A stretch of 64,000 nucleotides of DNA from an uncultured Spirochaetota bacterium (GTDB lineage: Bacteria > Spirochaetota > Spirochaetia > SZUA-6 > CAVTHK01): positions 128,001-192,000 of the forward strand of contig CAVTHK010000007.1 in NCBI GenBank assembly GCA_963734495.1, in the 5' to 3' direction. Below the pieces are notes generated by a model. It was given only the letters and a program-made list of their open reading frames with translations, was not told where the DNA came from and searched no databases. Below, in pieces: positions 37,686 through 47,112 of the stretch. A program made the position numbers and the translations under genes. Each line of letters begins with the position of its first letter. Within the stretch, counting starts at the first letter, position 1.

Positions 37686-38420
37686 ATGTCGAAGGCCCTC
37701 ACCCTCAAGGCCTGCGCCTTCGATCTCGGCAACACCCTGGTCGACGACGTCGCCGCGTTCGAGGCGGCGGTGGCCGAGACCGACGCCTGGCTCTGCGGCC
37801 GCGGGCTCATCGGCGAGCCCGGGTCGTTCGCGTCGACCTACACCGGCGTGAACCGCGGCTCCCACGAGCCGTTCGTGAGTCACACCTACGGCGAGCTCGC
37901 CTATTTCGCGCGGACCTTCGCGGCCCTCGGGGTCTCCGGGCTCGCCCCCGAGGAGGCGCTGGCGGCCTACCGGCGCTTCGTGACCGCGCGGTTCGCGCTC
38001 GAGCCGGAGGTGGAAGGCGCGCTGCGGTGGCTGCGGGAGCGGGGCTGCAGGATCGGGCTCGTGAGCAACGAAAGCGTCGCCCGCATCAATGCCTTCATGG
38101 AGAAGACGCACGGCGATGCCCTCTTCGACGAGATCATGGTCTCCGAGGCTGTCGGCCACGAAAAGCCGGACCCGGCGATCTTTCGCGAAGCCCTGCGGCG
38201 TCTCGGCGTCGAGGCGCCTCAGCTCGTGATGTTCGGCGACAACGAGGTGGCGGACGGCGCCTGCCGCGAGCTGGGCATCCGCTTCGTTCTGGTGACGGGC
38301 TTCAGGCGCACGGGGTGGCGATGGGAGCGAGGGAAGCCGCACGAGCCGGACTACGTGATCGAGCGCGTGGACCTGCCGTCGCTCGCGCGCGCTCTCTCGG
38401 CTCTCGGGGACGGCTCGTGA
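37686..38420 (+). CDS. HAD family hydrolase
   Basis: FDLGNTLVD, LVSN, EKPDPAIF, MFGDNEVAD. Confidence 0.87.
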   Translation: MSKALTLKACAFDLGNTLVDDVAAFEAAVAETDAWLCGRGLIGEPGSFASTYTGVNRGSHEPFVSHTYGELAYFARTFAALGVSGLAPEEALAAYRRFVTARFALEPEVEGALRWLRERGCRIGLVSNESVARINAFMEKTHGDALFDEIMVSEAVGHEKPDPAIFREALRRLGVEAPQLVMFGDNEVADGACRELGIRFVLVTGFRRTGWRWERGKPHEPDYVIERVDLPSLARALSALGDGS

Positions 38421-38502
38421 GGGAGGCCGGGGGCGCCGGCGCACGGAGGAGTGAGGAAGAATCGCGTTGCGATTTTCGAGATCCGTAGCGAGGAGGAGCT
38501 CA

Positions 38503-39813
38503 ATGAACAAGTCTCTCCTGTTCGTGGTGGTCCTGGCGTTGCTCGGGACCGCTGCCCTGTTCGGCTCCGGGCAGAGGCCGGCCGAGACCTCAAAGGAGCC
38601 GATCACCATCACCGGGATGGTCCGGGATTACAGCATGAAGTTCGACGCGCCCTGGACCACCGCCGCAGCCGCGCTGCAGAAGAAATATCCGAACGTGAAG
38701 GTGGAGCTCGAGGGCCTGCCGTACGACAACCAGCGCGAAAAGGTCCTGATCACCGTGGCCGCCGGCAAGGGCCCGGACATCGCGCAGGTGGACTGCATCT
38801 GGCTCGGCGAGTTCGCGAGCAACAAGATCATCACCGACGTGAGCGCCCGGCTGGACGCGGACCCCGCGCTGCGCGACGACTACGTCGACACGTTCCGGGA
38901 GTCGGCGAAGTGGCAGGGCAAGAGCTACGGGATCTGGCTGTGGACCGACGTCCGCATGCTCGCCTACCGCAAGGACTTCTTCAAGCAGGCGGGCTTCGAC
39001 CCGGAAAAGGCGCCGAAGACCTGGGGCGAGCTTCGTGAGTACGCGCGCAAGCTCAACAGGCCGGCCGACGGAGTCTGGGGATACGCCTTCCCGGCGTTCT
39101 CGACCGACCACACCGCGGACCGCTTCTACCCCCTCCTCTGGCAGGGCGGCGGCAACATCCTCAGCCCGGACTACACGAAGGCTGCCTTCAACAGCGACGC
39201 GGGTGTCGCTGCCTTGCAGGCCCTGGTCGCGCTCATGAACGTCGACAAGGTCAGCCCGAAAGACCTGCTGGGCATCAGCGAGTCGGACCTGAGCAAGGGC
39301 TACGTCGCCGACAAGTACGCCATGATGATCAAGGTCGGGGAGTTCTGGGCAGACTACAAGGCCAAGGGCCTGACCGTGGACCAGTACAAGGCGATGCAGG
39401 GCGTGGCGCCGCTGCCCATTCCCGAAGGCGGAAAGCCCGCGACCGGGTCGGGCGGGTGGATCGCAGGCATCACGCGCGATTCGAAGCACGCCGACCTGGT
39501 CTGGGAGTACCTGAAGATGGTGGTCGACCCCCAGAACATGGCGAAGTTCTGCATCGCCAACGCAAGCCTCCCGGTCCGCAAGTCGATGCTCGCCATGGCG
39601 GGAGACTTCAGCCAGGCCATCCCATACTACAACGTGGCCGCCCAGGTGCTGCCCACGACGCACTTCAGGCCGCCGATCCCCGAGTACACCAAGATGTCGG
39701 CCGAGCTCGTGACCGCGATCCAGAAGGCGCTTTCGCTGCAGGCGCAGCCCAAGGAAGCGCTGGACCAGGCGGCAAAAAAGGTCGACGATATCCTCGCCAC
39801 CCGAAAGTGGTAG
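38503..39813 (+). CDS. Carbohydrate ABC transporter substrate-binding protein
   Basis: Spirochaete-style signal LFGSGQRPAE; GKGPDI, YRKDFFKQAG, PKTWGEL. Confidence 0.9.
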   Translation: MNKSLLFVVVLALLGTAALFGSGQRPAETSKEPITITGMVRDYSMKFDAPWTTAAAALQKKYPNVKVELEGLPYDNQREKVLITVAAGKGPDIAQVDCIWLGEFASNKIITDVSARLDADPALRDDYVDTFRESAKWQGKSYGIWLWTDVRMLAYRKDFFKQAGFDPEKAPKTWGELREYARKLNRPADGVWGYAFPAFSTDHTADRFYPLLWQGGGNILSPDYTKAAFNSDAGVAALQALVALMNVDKVSPKDLLGISESDLSKGYVADKYAMMIKVGEFWADYKAKGLTVDQYKAMQGVAPLPIPEGGKPATGSGGWIAGITRDSKHADLVWEYLKMVVDPQNMAKFCIANASLPVRKSMLAMAGDFSQAIPYYNVAAQVLPTTHFRPPIPEYTKMSAELVTAIQKALSLQAQPKEALDQAAKKVDDILATRKW

Positions 39814-39821
39814 GCACGTAG

Positions 39822-39847
39822 GGCCCCGGGGCGCCTGCCCCGGGGCC
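39822..39847 (+). terminator. GC-rich stem-loop after the SBP gene (mRNA stabiliser or partial terminator)
   Basis: Perfect 11-bp stem GGCCCCGGGGC-GCCT-GCCCCGGGGCC; no strong U tract. Confidence 0.55.
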
Positions 39848-39863
39848 GCTCCCTTGTACCGAC

Positions 39864-40748
39864 ATGCGACGAAAGGCTCTCGCAGGATACCTCTACATCT
39901 CGCCTCTTCTTCTGGGAGTCCTGCTGTTCTCCCTCTACCCCATCGTGCAGGTGATCTGGATGAGCCTCCAGGATATCGAGCTCGCCAACCTGCGCGAAGG
40001 CACGTTCGTGGGCCTGCGGAACTACACGCGCATCTTCGCCATGGAGGACCCGTCCTTCCTCGAGGTGCTGCGGATCACGTTCGCGTTCGTGGGCGCCTCG
40101 GTCGTCCTGCACATCGTGCTCGGCCTGGGCCTCGCCCTGCTGCTGAACATCCCGTGGGTCCGGGGCCGCAACTTCTTCCGCAATCTCTACATGGTGCCGT
40201 GGATCACGGCGGGCATCATGGTCGGCTACACCTGGAGCTTCCTCTTCGAGCCGCGGGCGGGGATCCTCAACTACCTGATGAGCCTGGCGCACCTGCCTGC
40301 CCAGTCGTGGACCGCGGACCCGCTCCTCGCCCTGCCCTCGATCATCGCGGCCAACGTCTGGCGCGGCGTCCCCTACAGCCTGATCATGCAGACCGCCGGG
40401 CTGCAGAGCATCAACACGGAGCTCTACGACGCCGCGGTCGTCGACGGCGCCTCGCAGCCGCAGATCCTCGCCAGGATCACGCTCCCGCTGATCAAGGAGT
40501 TCCTGCTGCTGAACCTGGTGCTGGACACGGGGCTCACATTCCATGTCTTCGACACGATCTTCGCCATGACCGCGGGGGGACCGCTGCACCGGACGGAGAC
40601 CTTCTCCATAAACATGTACCTCAGGGCCTTCAAGTTCGGCGAGCTCGGGATGGGGTCGGCGATCGGGATGGTGCTCCTGCTCATCAGCCTCGTCCTCGCG
40701 CTCATCTACATGCGCTTCTTCCGCGGGAAGGCGGACAGGCATGGGTAA
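39864..40748 (+). CDS. Carbohydrate ABC transporter permease
   Basis: FVGLRNY; EAA loop ELYDAAVVDGAS; TM segments. Confidence 0.92.
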   Translation: MRRKALAGYLYISPLLLGVLLFSLYPIVQVIWMSLQDIELANLREGTFVGLRNYTRIFAMEDPSFLEVLRITFAFVGASVVLHIVLGLGLALLLNIPWVRGRNFFRNLYMVPWITAGIMVGYTWSFLFEPRAGILNYLMSLAHLPAQSWTADPLLALPSIIAANVWRGVPYSLIMQTAGLQSINTELYDAAVVDGASQPQILARITLPLIKEFLLLNLVLDTGLTFHVFDTIFAMTAGGPLHRTETFSINMYLRAFKFGELGMGSAIGMVLLLISLVLALIYMRFFRGKADRHG

Positions 40749-41586
40749 GGCCCGCAGGATCGGCGCGCGCGCCGTCGTCTACCTGGTGCTGCTGCTCTAC
40801 GCAGTCATCACGATCCTCCCCCTCTACTGGGTCTTCAGCACGACGTTCAAGAGCGCGGGCGAGGCGCTGCAGTATCCGCCGACGCTGATCCCGACGCGCC
40901 CCACGCTCTCGAACTTCGTGGAGATCTTCAGCAGCTCGAAGGTGTTCGGCGTCCGCCCCTTCGTCAACAGCGTCGTCATTTCCCTCGGCGCCTCCCTGCT
41001 GACCGTCGTGGTGAGCTTTCTCGCGGGCTACGGATTCTCGCGCTACCGATTCCCCGGACGCGACGTGCTCCTCGTCTCGATGCTGTTCATCAACCTGCTG
41101 CCGCTGCTCGCCACCATCGTGCCGCTGTTCCGTCTCTTCTCGCTGTACGGGCTCTACGACACCTACCTCGGCCTGATCCTGCTGCACGGCCTGCGGACGG
41201 CCCCGTTCACCGCGTGGCTGATGAAGGGGTACATCGACACGCTGCCCCTGGAGCTGGAAGAGTCGGCGCTGCTCGACGGCTGCTCGCCCGCGGTGGCGAT
41301 GGGGCGCATCATCCTGCCGCTCGCGACGCCGGGGCTCGCGGCCGTGGCGGTGTTCGGGTTCCACACGGCGTGGAACGACTTTACGGCCGCTCTCATCCTG
41401 ACCACCAGCCGGAACGTCAGGCCCTATACGATCTCGCTCTACAGGTTCGTCGGCGAGCAGGGGCAGGTGGCGTGGAACCTGATCTCGACGGCCGCCTTCA
41501 TCTCGGTGGTCCCGGTGGTGATCAGCTTCGCCCTCTTCCAAAGGTACTTCGTGACCGGCCTGACCGGAGGGGCGCTGAAGTCGTGA
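40741..41586 (+). CDS. Carbohydrate ABC transporter permease
   Basis: ELEESALLDGCS; FQRYFVTGLTGGALK. Confidence 0.92.
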   Translation: MGKARRIGARAVVYLVLLLYAVITILPLYWVFSTTFKSAGEALQYPPTLIPTRPTLSNFVEIFSSSKVFGVRPFVNSVVISLGASLLTVVVSFLAGYGFSRYRFPGRDVLLVSMLFINLLPLLATIVPLFRLFSLYGLYDTYLGLILLHGLRTAPFTAWLMKGYIDTLPLELEESALLDGCSPAVAMGRIILPLATPGLAAVAVFGFHTAWNDFTAALILTTSRNVRPYTISLYRFVGEQGQVAWNLISTAAFISVVPVVISFALFQRYFVTGLTGGALKS

Positions 41587-41681
41587 GCAACGGCACTCGC
41601 AGCCGCGATGCCCTCGAGCTCAACGGCGCTCGAACAAAGCGGGGCGCCCCGAATCGTGACGCTGAAATCGTGAGGTGACCC

Positions 41682-42431
41682 GTGAATGCAATGGAGTCGC
41701 TGCTCGCTCAGCTTCCGCCGCGCTCGCTCTTCCCCGATGAGATGCCGCGCTACCCGAACCTCTGGTTCCTCGTCGACCCGGCGCTCGCGCTGCGGGGCGA
41801 GTACAAGAACGCGGTGCGGATGCTCGTGCACGCGCTGGAGGGGCAGATCGGCCTGAAGGACACGTTCGTGCAGGACGTGGCCAACCACAACCTCGCGCAC
41901 ATGCTGGCCGTCCCGGGCGAAGGCAGCGACTTCCAGGCCCGCCTGTGGCCGCTCGAGCCCTGCAGGCAGGCGGGCGATCCGCAGCGCGGGCACGGCCACC
42001 AGGTTCACGCGCGCTTCTACGTCACGCCCCTGATGCGCGCGGGCAGGACGCGCGCGCCTTACGCGCTTCCCGGCCTGCCGGGCGGAAGCCGCGAGCTCTT
42101 CGCCATTCCGGCGAGCGTCCACTACGAAGTGTCGACGGAGGATCCGCTGCACCCCTACGAGGACTCGTGCCCGATGTGCGGCATCACGGGGGAGTACGCC
42201 GTGCCCGTCGACCGGTCGAGCCAGGACTACTGCGTCAAGATCCACGACCCGCTCGGCGTCGAGCTGCTCGCGCACGGCACGCTGCGCGGGCAGCCTGCCA
42301 TCGACGCCGAAGGCGGACTGGTCCCCTGCCTGGAGAACCTGGAGGGACCGTGGACATGCGCGATCGAAGAAGCGAGCCAGGGACGCGGGGAGCCGCAACG
42401 GCTCGCCTGCGTGCTCCTGCTGCGGAGGTGA
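41682..42431 (+). CDS. Hypothetical protein with CPMCG motif
   Basis: GAGGTG RBS, coding-like codon bias, CPMCGITGEY and DYCVKIHDPLG. Confidence 0.65.
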   Translation: MNAMESLLAQLPPRSLFPDEMPRYPNLWFLVDPALALRGEYKNAVRMLVHALEGQIGLKDTFVQDVANHNLAHMLAVPGEGSDFQARLWPLEPCRQAGDPQRGHGHQVHARFYVTPLMRAGRTRAPYALPGLPGGSRELFAIPASVHYEVSTEDPLHPYEDSCPMCGITGEYAVPVDRSSQDYCVKIHDPLGVELLAHGTLRGQPAIDAEGGLVPCLENLEGPWTCAIEEASQGRGEPQRLACVLLLRR

Positions 42432-42463
42432 AACCGGCGTGACACGCCGCGATGGCCCGCGCT

Positions 42464-42685
42464 TCAGGGCGTCCTGAGCCCCGCGCTGTAGCCGATGCGG
42501 CGCACGATCTCGGGAATCGCCGCCAGCACTTCGCTCTCCACCTCCCCCGCGTAGTCGACTTCGACCGTCGCCTCGTTCACGTCGACGTGGACGTCGCGGA
42601 CGCCAGCGAGCTTCCGTCCGAGGTGCTCGATGGCGTACGCGCACGACGGGCAGGTGGCCCCATCCAGGTCGAAGACGGCCTTCAT
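42464..42685 (-). CDS. Heavy-metal-associated (HMA, CopZ-like) protein
   Basis: DGATCPSCA (variant GMxCxxC); C-terminal IGY. Confidence 0.8.
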   Translation of the reverse strand: MKAVFDLDGATCPSCAYAIEHLGRKLAGVRDVHVDVNEATVEVDYAGEVESEVLAAIPEIVRRIGYSAGLRTP

Positions 42686-42790
42686 GACAGGTTGAAGGTA
42701 ACCTCGCCGCCCGGCTCGCGGCAAACCGCCGGGCGCGGCCCAGCCGCCCCCGCCCCGGCAGGGCGACCCTTGACGGCGCCGCGCCGATTT

Positions 42791-42820
42791 CGTTAACCTG
42801 CGTCCATATCTATGTTAACG
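42791..42820. promoter_or_regulatory. Candidate BirA operator overlapping the birA -10 box and start codon
   Basis: CGTTAAC-N16-GTTAACG palindrome; TTGACG -35 at 42770. Confidence 0.7.
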
Positions 42821-43759
42821 TATGGCAACGGCAGCCGCGGACGGGTCCTGGCGCGGCTCAAGGCGTCGCGCGACCCGCAGTCCGGCGAGTCTCTCTCCGC
42901 CGATCTCGGGATCAGCCGGGTGGCGGTCTGGGGGCACGTGCAGTCTCTGCTGGCCCTCGGCTATCCCATCGAGACCGGAAGGCGGGGATATCTCCTCGCG
43001 GCGGCCACGGATCTCCTGCTGCCGTGGGAGGTGCCCGGGTTCTCCCGGCGCATCGCGTGGATCGCCGAAACCGACTCGACCATGGACGAAGCGCGGCGGC
43101 TCGCCGTGCGCGGCGCGGCCGGCGCCCCGGTCATCGTGGCCGAGAGGCAGACCCGGGGCCGGGGCCGCAACGGCAGGCGGTGGAGCTCCGCGAGCGGCGG
43201 GATTTACGCGACGTTCCTGCGGCGGGATGCCTACCCCGCGGCCCTCGTGCCGCGCATCACGCTCGCGGCCGCGCTCGCCGTGGCGGACAGCCTCGAGCGG
43301 GTGTGCGGCGTGCGGCCCGCGCTCAAGTGGCCGAACGACGTCCTGCTCGGCGGGAGGAAGGTGGCGGGCGTGCTCGTCGAGGCCGACACCCGGGCCGATC
43401 GACTGCGCTGGTTCTCGATCGGTGTGGGCATCAACGTCCGCAACAGCACCGGGGTGGCCGGCGCAGGCTCGGTCGAGCAGGCGGCGGGCCGCCGGGTGGA
43501 GCGCGCCGCCCTGCTTGCGGCCGTGTGCCGGGAGCTGGACCGCCGGCTGGCGGGCGCGGCCGATGCGCCGTTGACGGAAGAATGGAACCGGCGCAGCTCG
43601 ACGCGCGGCAGGACCGTCGAGGTCTCGACCGTGCTCGGCCGCGTCCGCGGCCGGGCGACGGGCGTCGATGAATGGGGTGCGCTCGTGGTCCGGCGCGCGG
43701 ACGGCGCGCTCCTGCACGTGCCGTCGGGCGACTGCGTTCACGCGAAGGAGGCACCCTGA
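42812..43759 (+). CDS. birA: Bifunctional biotin-protein ligase/repressor (group II)
   Basis: N-terminal HTH (SGESLSADLGISRVAVW), QTRGRGRNGRRW, KWPND, KVAGVL. Confidence 0.93.
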   Translation: MLTYGNGSRGRVLARLKASRDPQSGESLSADLGISRVAVWGHVQSLLALGYPIETGRRGYLLAAATDLLLPWEVPGFSRRIAWIAETDSTMDEARRLAVRGAAGAPVIVAERQTRGRGRNGRRWSSASGGIYATFLRRDAYPAALVPRITLAAALAVADSLERVCGVRPALKWPNDVLLGGRKVAGVLVEADTRADRLRWFSIGVGINVRNSTGVAGAGSVEQAAGRRVERAALLAAVCRELDRRLAGAADAPLTEEWNRRSSTRGRTVEVSTVLGRVRGRATGVDEWGALVVRRADGALLHVPSGDCVHAKEAP

Positions 43760-44295
43760 TGGATCGGTCCTCGCCGCGAAGCCTCGTTCTGGCGTCGATC
43801 ATGGCCGCGCTGATGGCCGCGGGAGCGTTCGTCGCGATCCCCATAGGCCCCGTACCGATCGTGCTGCAGAACTTCTTCGTCCTTCTGGCCGGGCTGCTGC
43901 TCGGACCGGCCTGGGGGGTCGCCTCGGTGCTGGTGTACCTCTTTCTCGGCGCTGTCGGGCTTCCGGTCTTTGCCGGCGGCAGCGGCGGGCTCGCGCACTT
44001 CGCGGGCCCCACCGGCGGCTACCTCGTGGGCTACGTGCCCGCGGTCGCGCTGACCGGCGCCGTGTCGCGGGCGGGCAGGAGCGCGGTCGCCGACGCCTGG
44101 GCCGCGACGCTGGGCGCCCTCGTCGTGTACGCGGTCGGGGTCCCGTGGCTCGGCCTGGTAGCCCATCTGACTCCCGCCAGGGCCGCGGCCGTCGGCCTGC
44201 TGCCGTTTCTGCCCGGCGACGCGCTCAAAGTCGCCCTGGCCGTTGGGGTCGCGCGCTGGGCGCGGCCGCTCGCCGCCGACGCGAGCCGCCGGTGA
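43759..44295 (+). CDS. bioY: Biotin ECF transporter S component
   Basis: GPVPIVLQ, GLPVFAGG, GPTGGYLVG, PFLPGDALK. Confidence 0.93.
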   Translation: MDRSSPRSLVLASIMAALMAAGAFVAIPIGPVPIVLQNFFVLLAGLLLGPAWGVASVLVYLFLGAVGLPVFAGGSGGLAHFAGPTGGYLVGYVPAVALTGAVSRAGRSAVADAWAATLGALVVYAVGVPWLGLVAHLTPARAAAVGLLPFLPGDALKVALAVGVARWARPLAADASRR

Positions 44296-45035
44296 GCCTG
44301 ATCGAGCTGCGGGGCGTTTCGCACCGGTTCGCGGACGGCAGGCTCGGGCTGGACTCGGTGAGCCTGGCGATCGAGCCCGGCGAGTTCGTCCTGGTCGCGG
44401 GCCGCAACGGGTCGGGCAAGACGCTGCTCGTGCGGCACATGAACGGCCTGCTCGCTCCCACCTCCGGCGAGGTCGTCGTCGACGGCGTGCCGGTGAGGAA
44501 AGACCGGCTGGCCGCCAGGAAGCGAGTGGGCATGGTCTTCCAGGACGCCGACGCGCAGATCGTGGGGGAGACGGTGTACGAGGACGCGGCGTTCGGGCCG
44601 CGCAACCTCGGGCTGCCCGAAGAGGCGGTGCGCCGGCGCGTGGCCCGCGAGCTGGCGCGCATGGGTCTGGCCGACCGCGCCGACAGCCCGCCGCACCTGC
44701 TGTCCGGAGGCGAGAAGCGGAGGCTTTCCGTCGCTTCGGTGCTCACCATGGAGCCGGCGGCGCTCGTGCTCGACGAGCCGCTGGAGGCGCTCGACTACCC
44801 GGGGGCCGTCGCGGTGCTGAGGGCTCTCGCGGACCTGCACCGGCAGGGCTGCACGCTCGTGGTGGTGACCCACGACCTGGCGCAGATCGCCGCGCACGCG
44901 ACCCGGCTCCTGCTGATGGAGCGCGGCCGCCTGGCCCGCGACGGCACTCCGCAGGGCCTGCTGCCCGAAGTCGAGGGCTTCGGCGTTCACAGGCCGCCGC
45001 CCGGCGATCCGCTGACGTGGGTGCGCGATGGCTGA
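44292..45035 (+). CDS. ECF transporter ATPase (BioM/EcfA)
   Basis: GRNGSGKT, VFQD, LSGGEKRR, VLDEP. Confidence 0.88.
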   Translation: MSLIELRGVSHRFADGRLGLDSVSLAIEPGEFVLVAGRNGSGKTLLVRHMNGLLAPTSGEVVVDGVPVRKDRLAARKRVGMVFQDADAQIVGETVYEDAAFGPRNLGLPEEAVRRRVARELARMGLADRADSPPHLLSGGEKRRLSVASVLTMEPAALVLDEPLEALDYPGAVAVLRALADLHRQGCTLVVVTHDLAQIAAHATRLLLMERGRLARDGTPQGLLPEVEGFGVHRPPPGDPLTWVRDG

Positions 45036-45750
45036 GCGCCCGTTCCTCGGCTACCGTGCCGGCCGCTCGCCCGTGCACAGGATGGACGTGCGGCTCAAGC
45101 TCGGCCTCACGACGCTCGCAACGGCCGCGGCGGGCGCGGCCGGGCCGGCGGGTCTCGCCGCGCTCGCCGCGGCCACGTGCGCCTTCTACGCGGCCGCGGG
45201 CTTCGCCCCGGCGGTCAGCGGGCTGCGCGCCCTGCTGCCCCTTGCCGCGATCGTCGTGGCAGGCCGCGCGCTCGCGGAGCCGGGAGGGGCCGGGCTCCTG
45301 GAGGGCCTGCTCTACTCGGCGCGCCTGCTGCTGATGGCGCTGCTCGGCTCGCTCCTCGCCTCGTCCACCACCGTCGCCGCGCTCAGGGCGGCCTTGGCCT
45401 GGCTCCTCCGGCCGCTGCACCGCGGGCTCGGAACGCGCGCCGCGGCGATGGCGGGCCTCGTGATGGCGTCGCTTCCCCTCCTCGGTCGGGAGGTCGAGCT
45501 GGTGCGCCTGGCCCGCGCGGCACGGCTCGCCGAGAGGGCGCGCCCGATGCGGGAGCGGGCGCTCTCGCTGCTCCGCCCTCTCGTGCGGAGGAGCCTGCTC
45601 AGGGCCGACACCCTCGCCGCTGCCATGGAGGCGCGCTGCTGGTCCGACGCCGCGGCCGGACCGCCGCTGCCTGCGCCGAAGCCATGGGAGTGGGCGGCCT
45701 TTGCCGCATCCGCGGCCGCGATCTGCGCGGCCGCCTTGATCCGGCCCTGA
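45028..45750 (+). CDS. ECF transporter transmembrane component (BioN/EcfT)
   Basis: SPVHRMDVRLKL; AMEARC motif. Confidence 0.82.
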   Translation: MAERPFLGYRAGRSPVHRMDVRLKLGLTTLATAAAGAAGPAGLAALAAATCAFYAAAGFAPAVSGLRALLPLAAIVVAGRALAEPGGAGLLEGLLYSARLLLMALLGSLLASSTTVAALRAALAWLLRPLHRGLGTRAAAMAGLVMASLPLLGREVELVRLARAARLAERARPMRERALSLLRPLVRRSLLRADTLAAAMEARCWSDAAAGPPLPAPKPWEWAAFAASAAAICAAALIRP

Positions 45751-45753
45751 CGA

Positions 45754-47047
45754 TCAGACGCCCGGGCGCAGGAGCCGCAGCGCGTTCTCGATCACGCGCT
45801 CCCCCCCGAAGCCGCCGGCCTTGGTCACGAGCGGAAGCCCGTCCCACTGGCCGCCGAGAGCGATCCCCGCGGGCACGAACGGCTCGGCCTCGGCCTCGAT
45901 CCGGATGCCTGCGATCCCGAGGGTGCGGCACGCGTTGAGGGCCGTGTCCCCCCCGAAGAGCACGAGGCCGCCGGGCCGCGGCCCCGCGAGCAGCCGGGCG
46001 AGGAGCGCCGAGAGCGCGGCCTGCACGCGGCCGCTCGCCTCCGCCATCGCGCGCGCGTCGCCGCCGTGCGCGGCAAGGATCTCGGCCTTCCCGGCACCCG
46101 CCGCGTCCACCACCACATCGGATCCCGCGCGCACGGCCTGCTCGGCGAGCCGCGCCACCCGCTCCAGCTCCGCCTGCCGCTCGCGCCCGTCGGCCGCGCC
46201 CCCGTCGAGCGGCAGCAGCACGGCGCGCCCGTCCGCCGCGGCCCGCCGCACCTGCTCCTTGGAGACGCGCGAGGGGGACCCCGAAAGCACGATGATGGGA
46301 GCGCGAGCCGCGGCGGCCCGCCGCCGCCCCGCGGCTGCGGGCCCACCCGCTTCCCGGGCGACCAGCGGCCGAAGCTGATCGAAGAGCCCCGCGGACCCGC
46401 AGGCGAGGCAGCCGGCGCCGGCGTAGACGGCAGCCGCGATCGCGGCGAGGTCCGCCTCGCTTTCGGCGTCGGCGACGACGATCCGCGAGCCGCGCTCCCG
46501 CAGCTCGCGCAGGCTCGCGGGGAGCTCCGCGCCGCGCACCGTATCGAGCCCGAGAAGGGCGACGGGATGGACCGACTGCCGTCCGATGAGCGCCGCGACG
46601 CGCGAATCGGGAAGCGGCGAGAACGGATCGGAGGCAAACTCGGTCTCGGCCAGAGGGGTCCCGTTCACGAACGCGACTCCGCCGCGGATGACCCGGCCGT
46701 TGTACGGCAGGGCGGGCGCCACGACGACGGTCTCGAACAGCGCCCGCGGCGAGCACCGCGTCGACTTCAGCGCCGAGATTCCCGCGCAGCGTGGAGTCGA
46801 TCTTCTTGTACAGGAGCCTGGCGCCCGCCCTCCGCAGCGCCGCGATCGCCGCGGCCACCGCCGCGGTTGCCTCGGCCGCGGACACGTTGCGGCTCTCGGT
46901 GTCCAGAACGACGAGGTCCAGGGTCGCGCCCAGATCAGCCAGCCGCCCGGGGTCGAGGCAGACGCCGACGCTCAGCCCGACGCCGAGCATCCGCACCCCC
47001 GCATCCATGGAGCCGGTCAGGTCGTCCGAGAGCATCCCGTAGCGCAT
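45754..47047 (-). CDS. Four-carbon acid sugar kinase family (DUF1537, DtnK/OtnK/DenK); indel near 46745
   Basis: SDDLTGSMD, DTESR, YKKIDSTLRGN, APALPYNGR, GGDTA, TKAGGFG. Confidence 0.87.
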
Positions 47048-47112
47048 GGCCGCGAGTCTATCTGTTTCCGGTCGCTTGCGCAGCCTCCCCGATCGCGGTA
47101 CACCATCACGCG

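Noticed and set aside
42718-42750. c-di-GMP-I riboswitch (GGCAAACC)
   Set aside because: The GGGACGCAAAGC partner motif and the second stem are absent.
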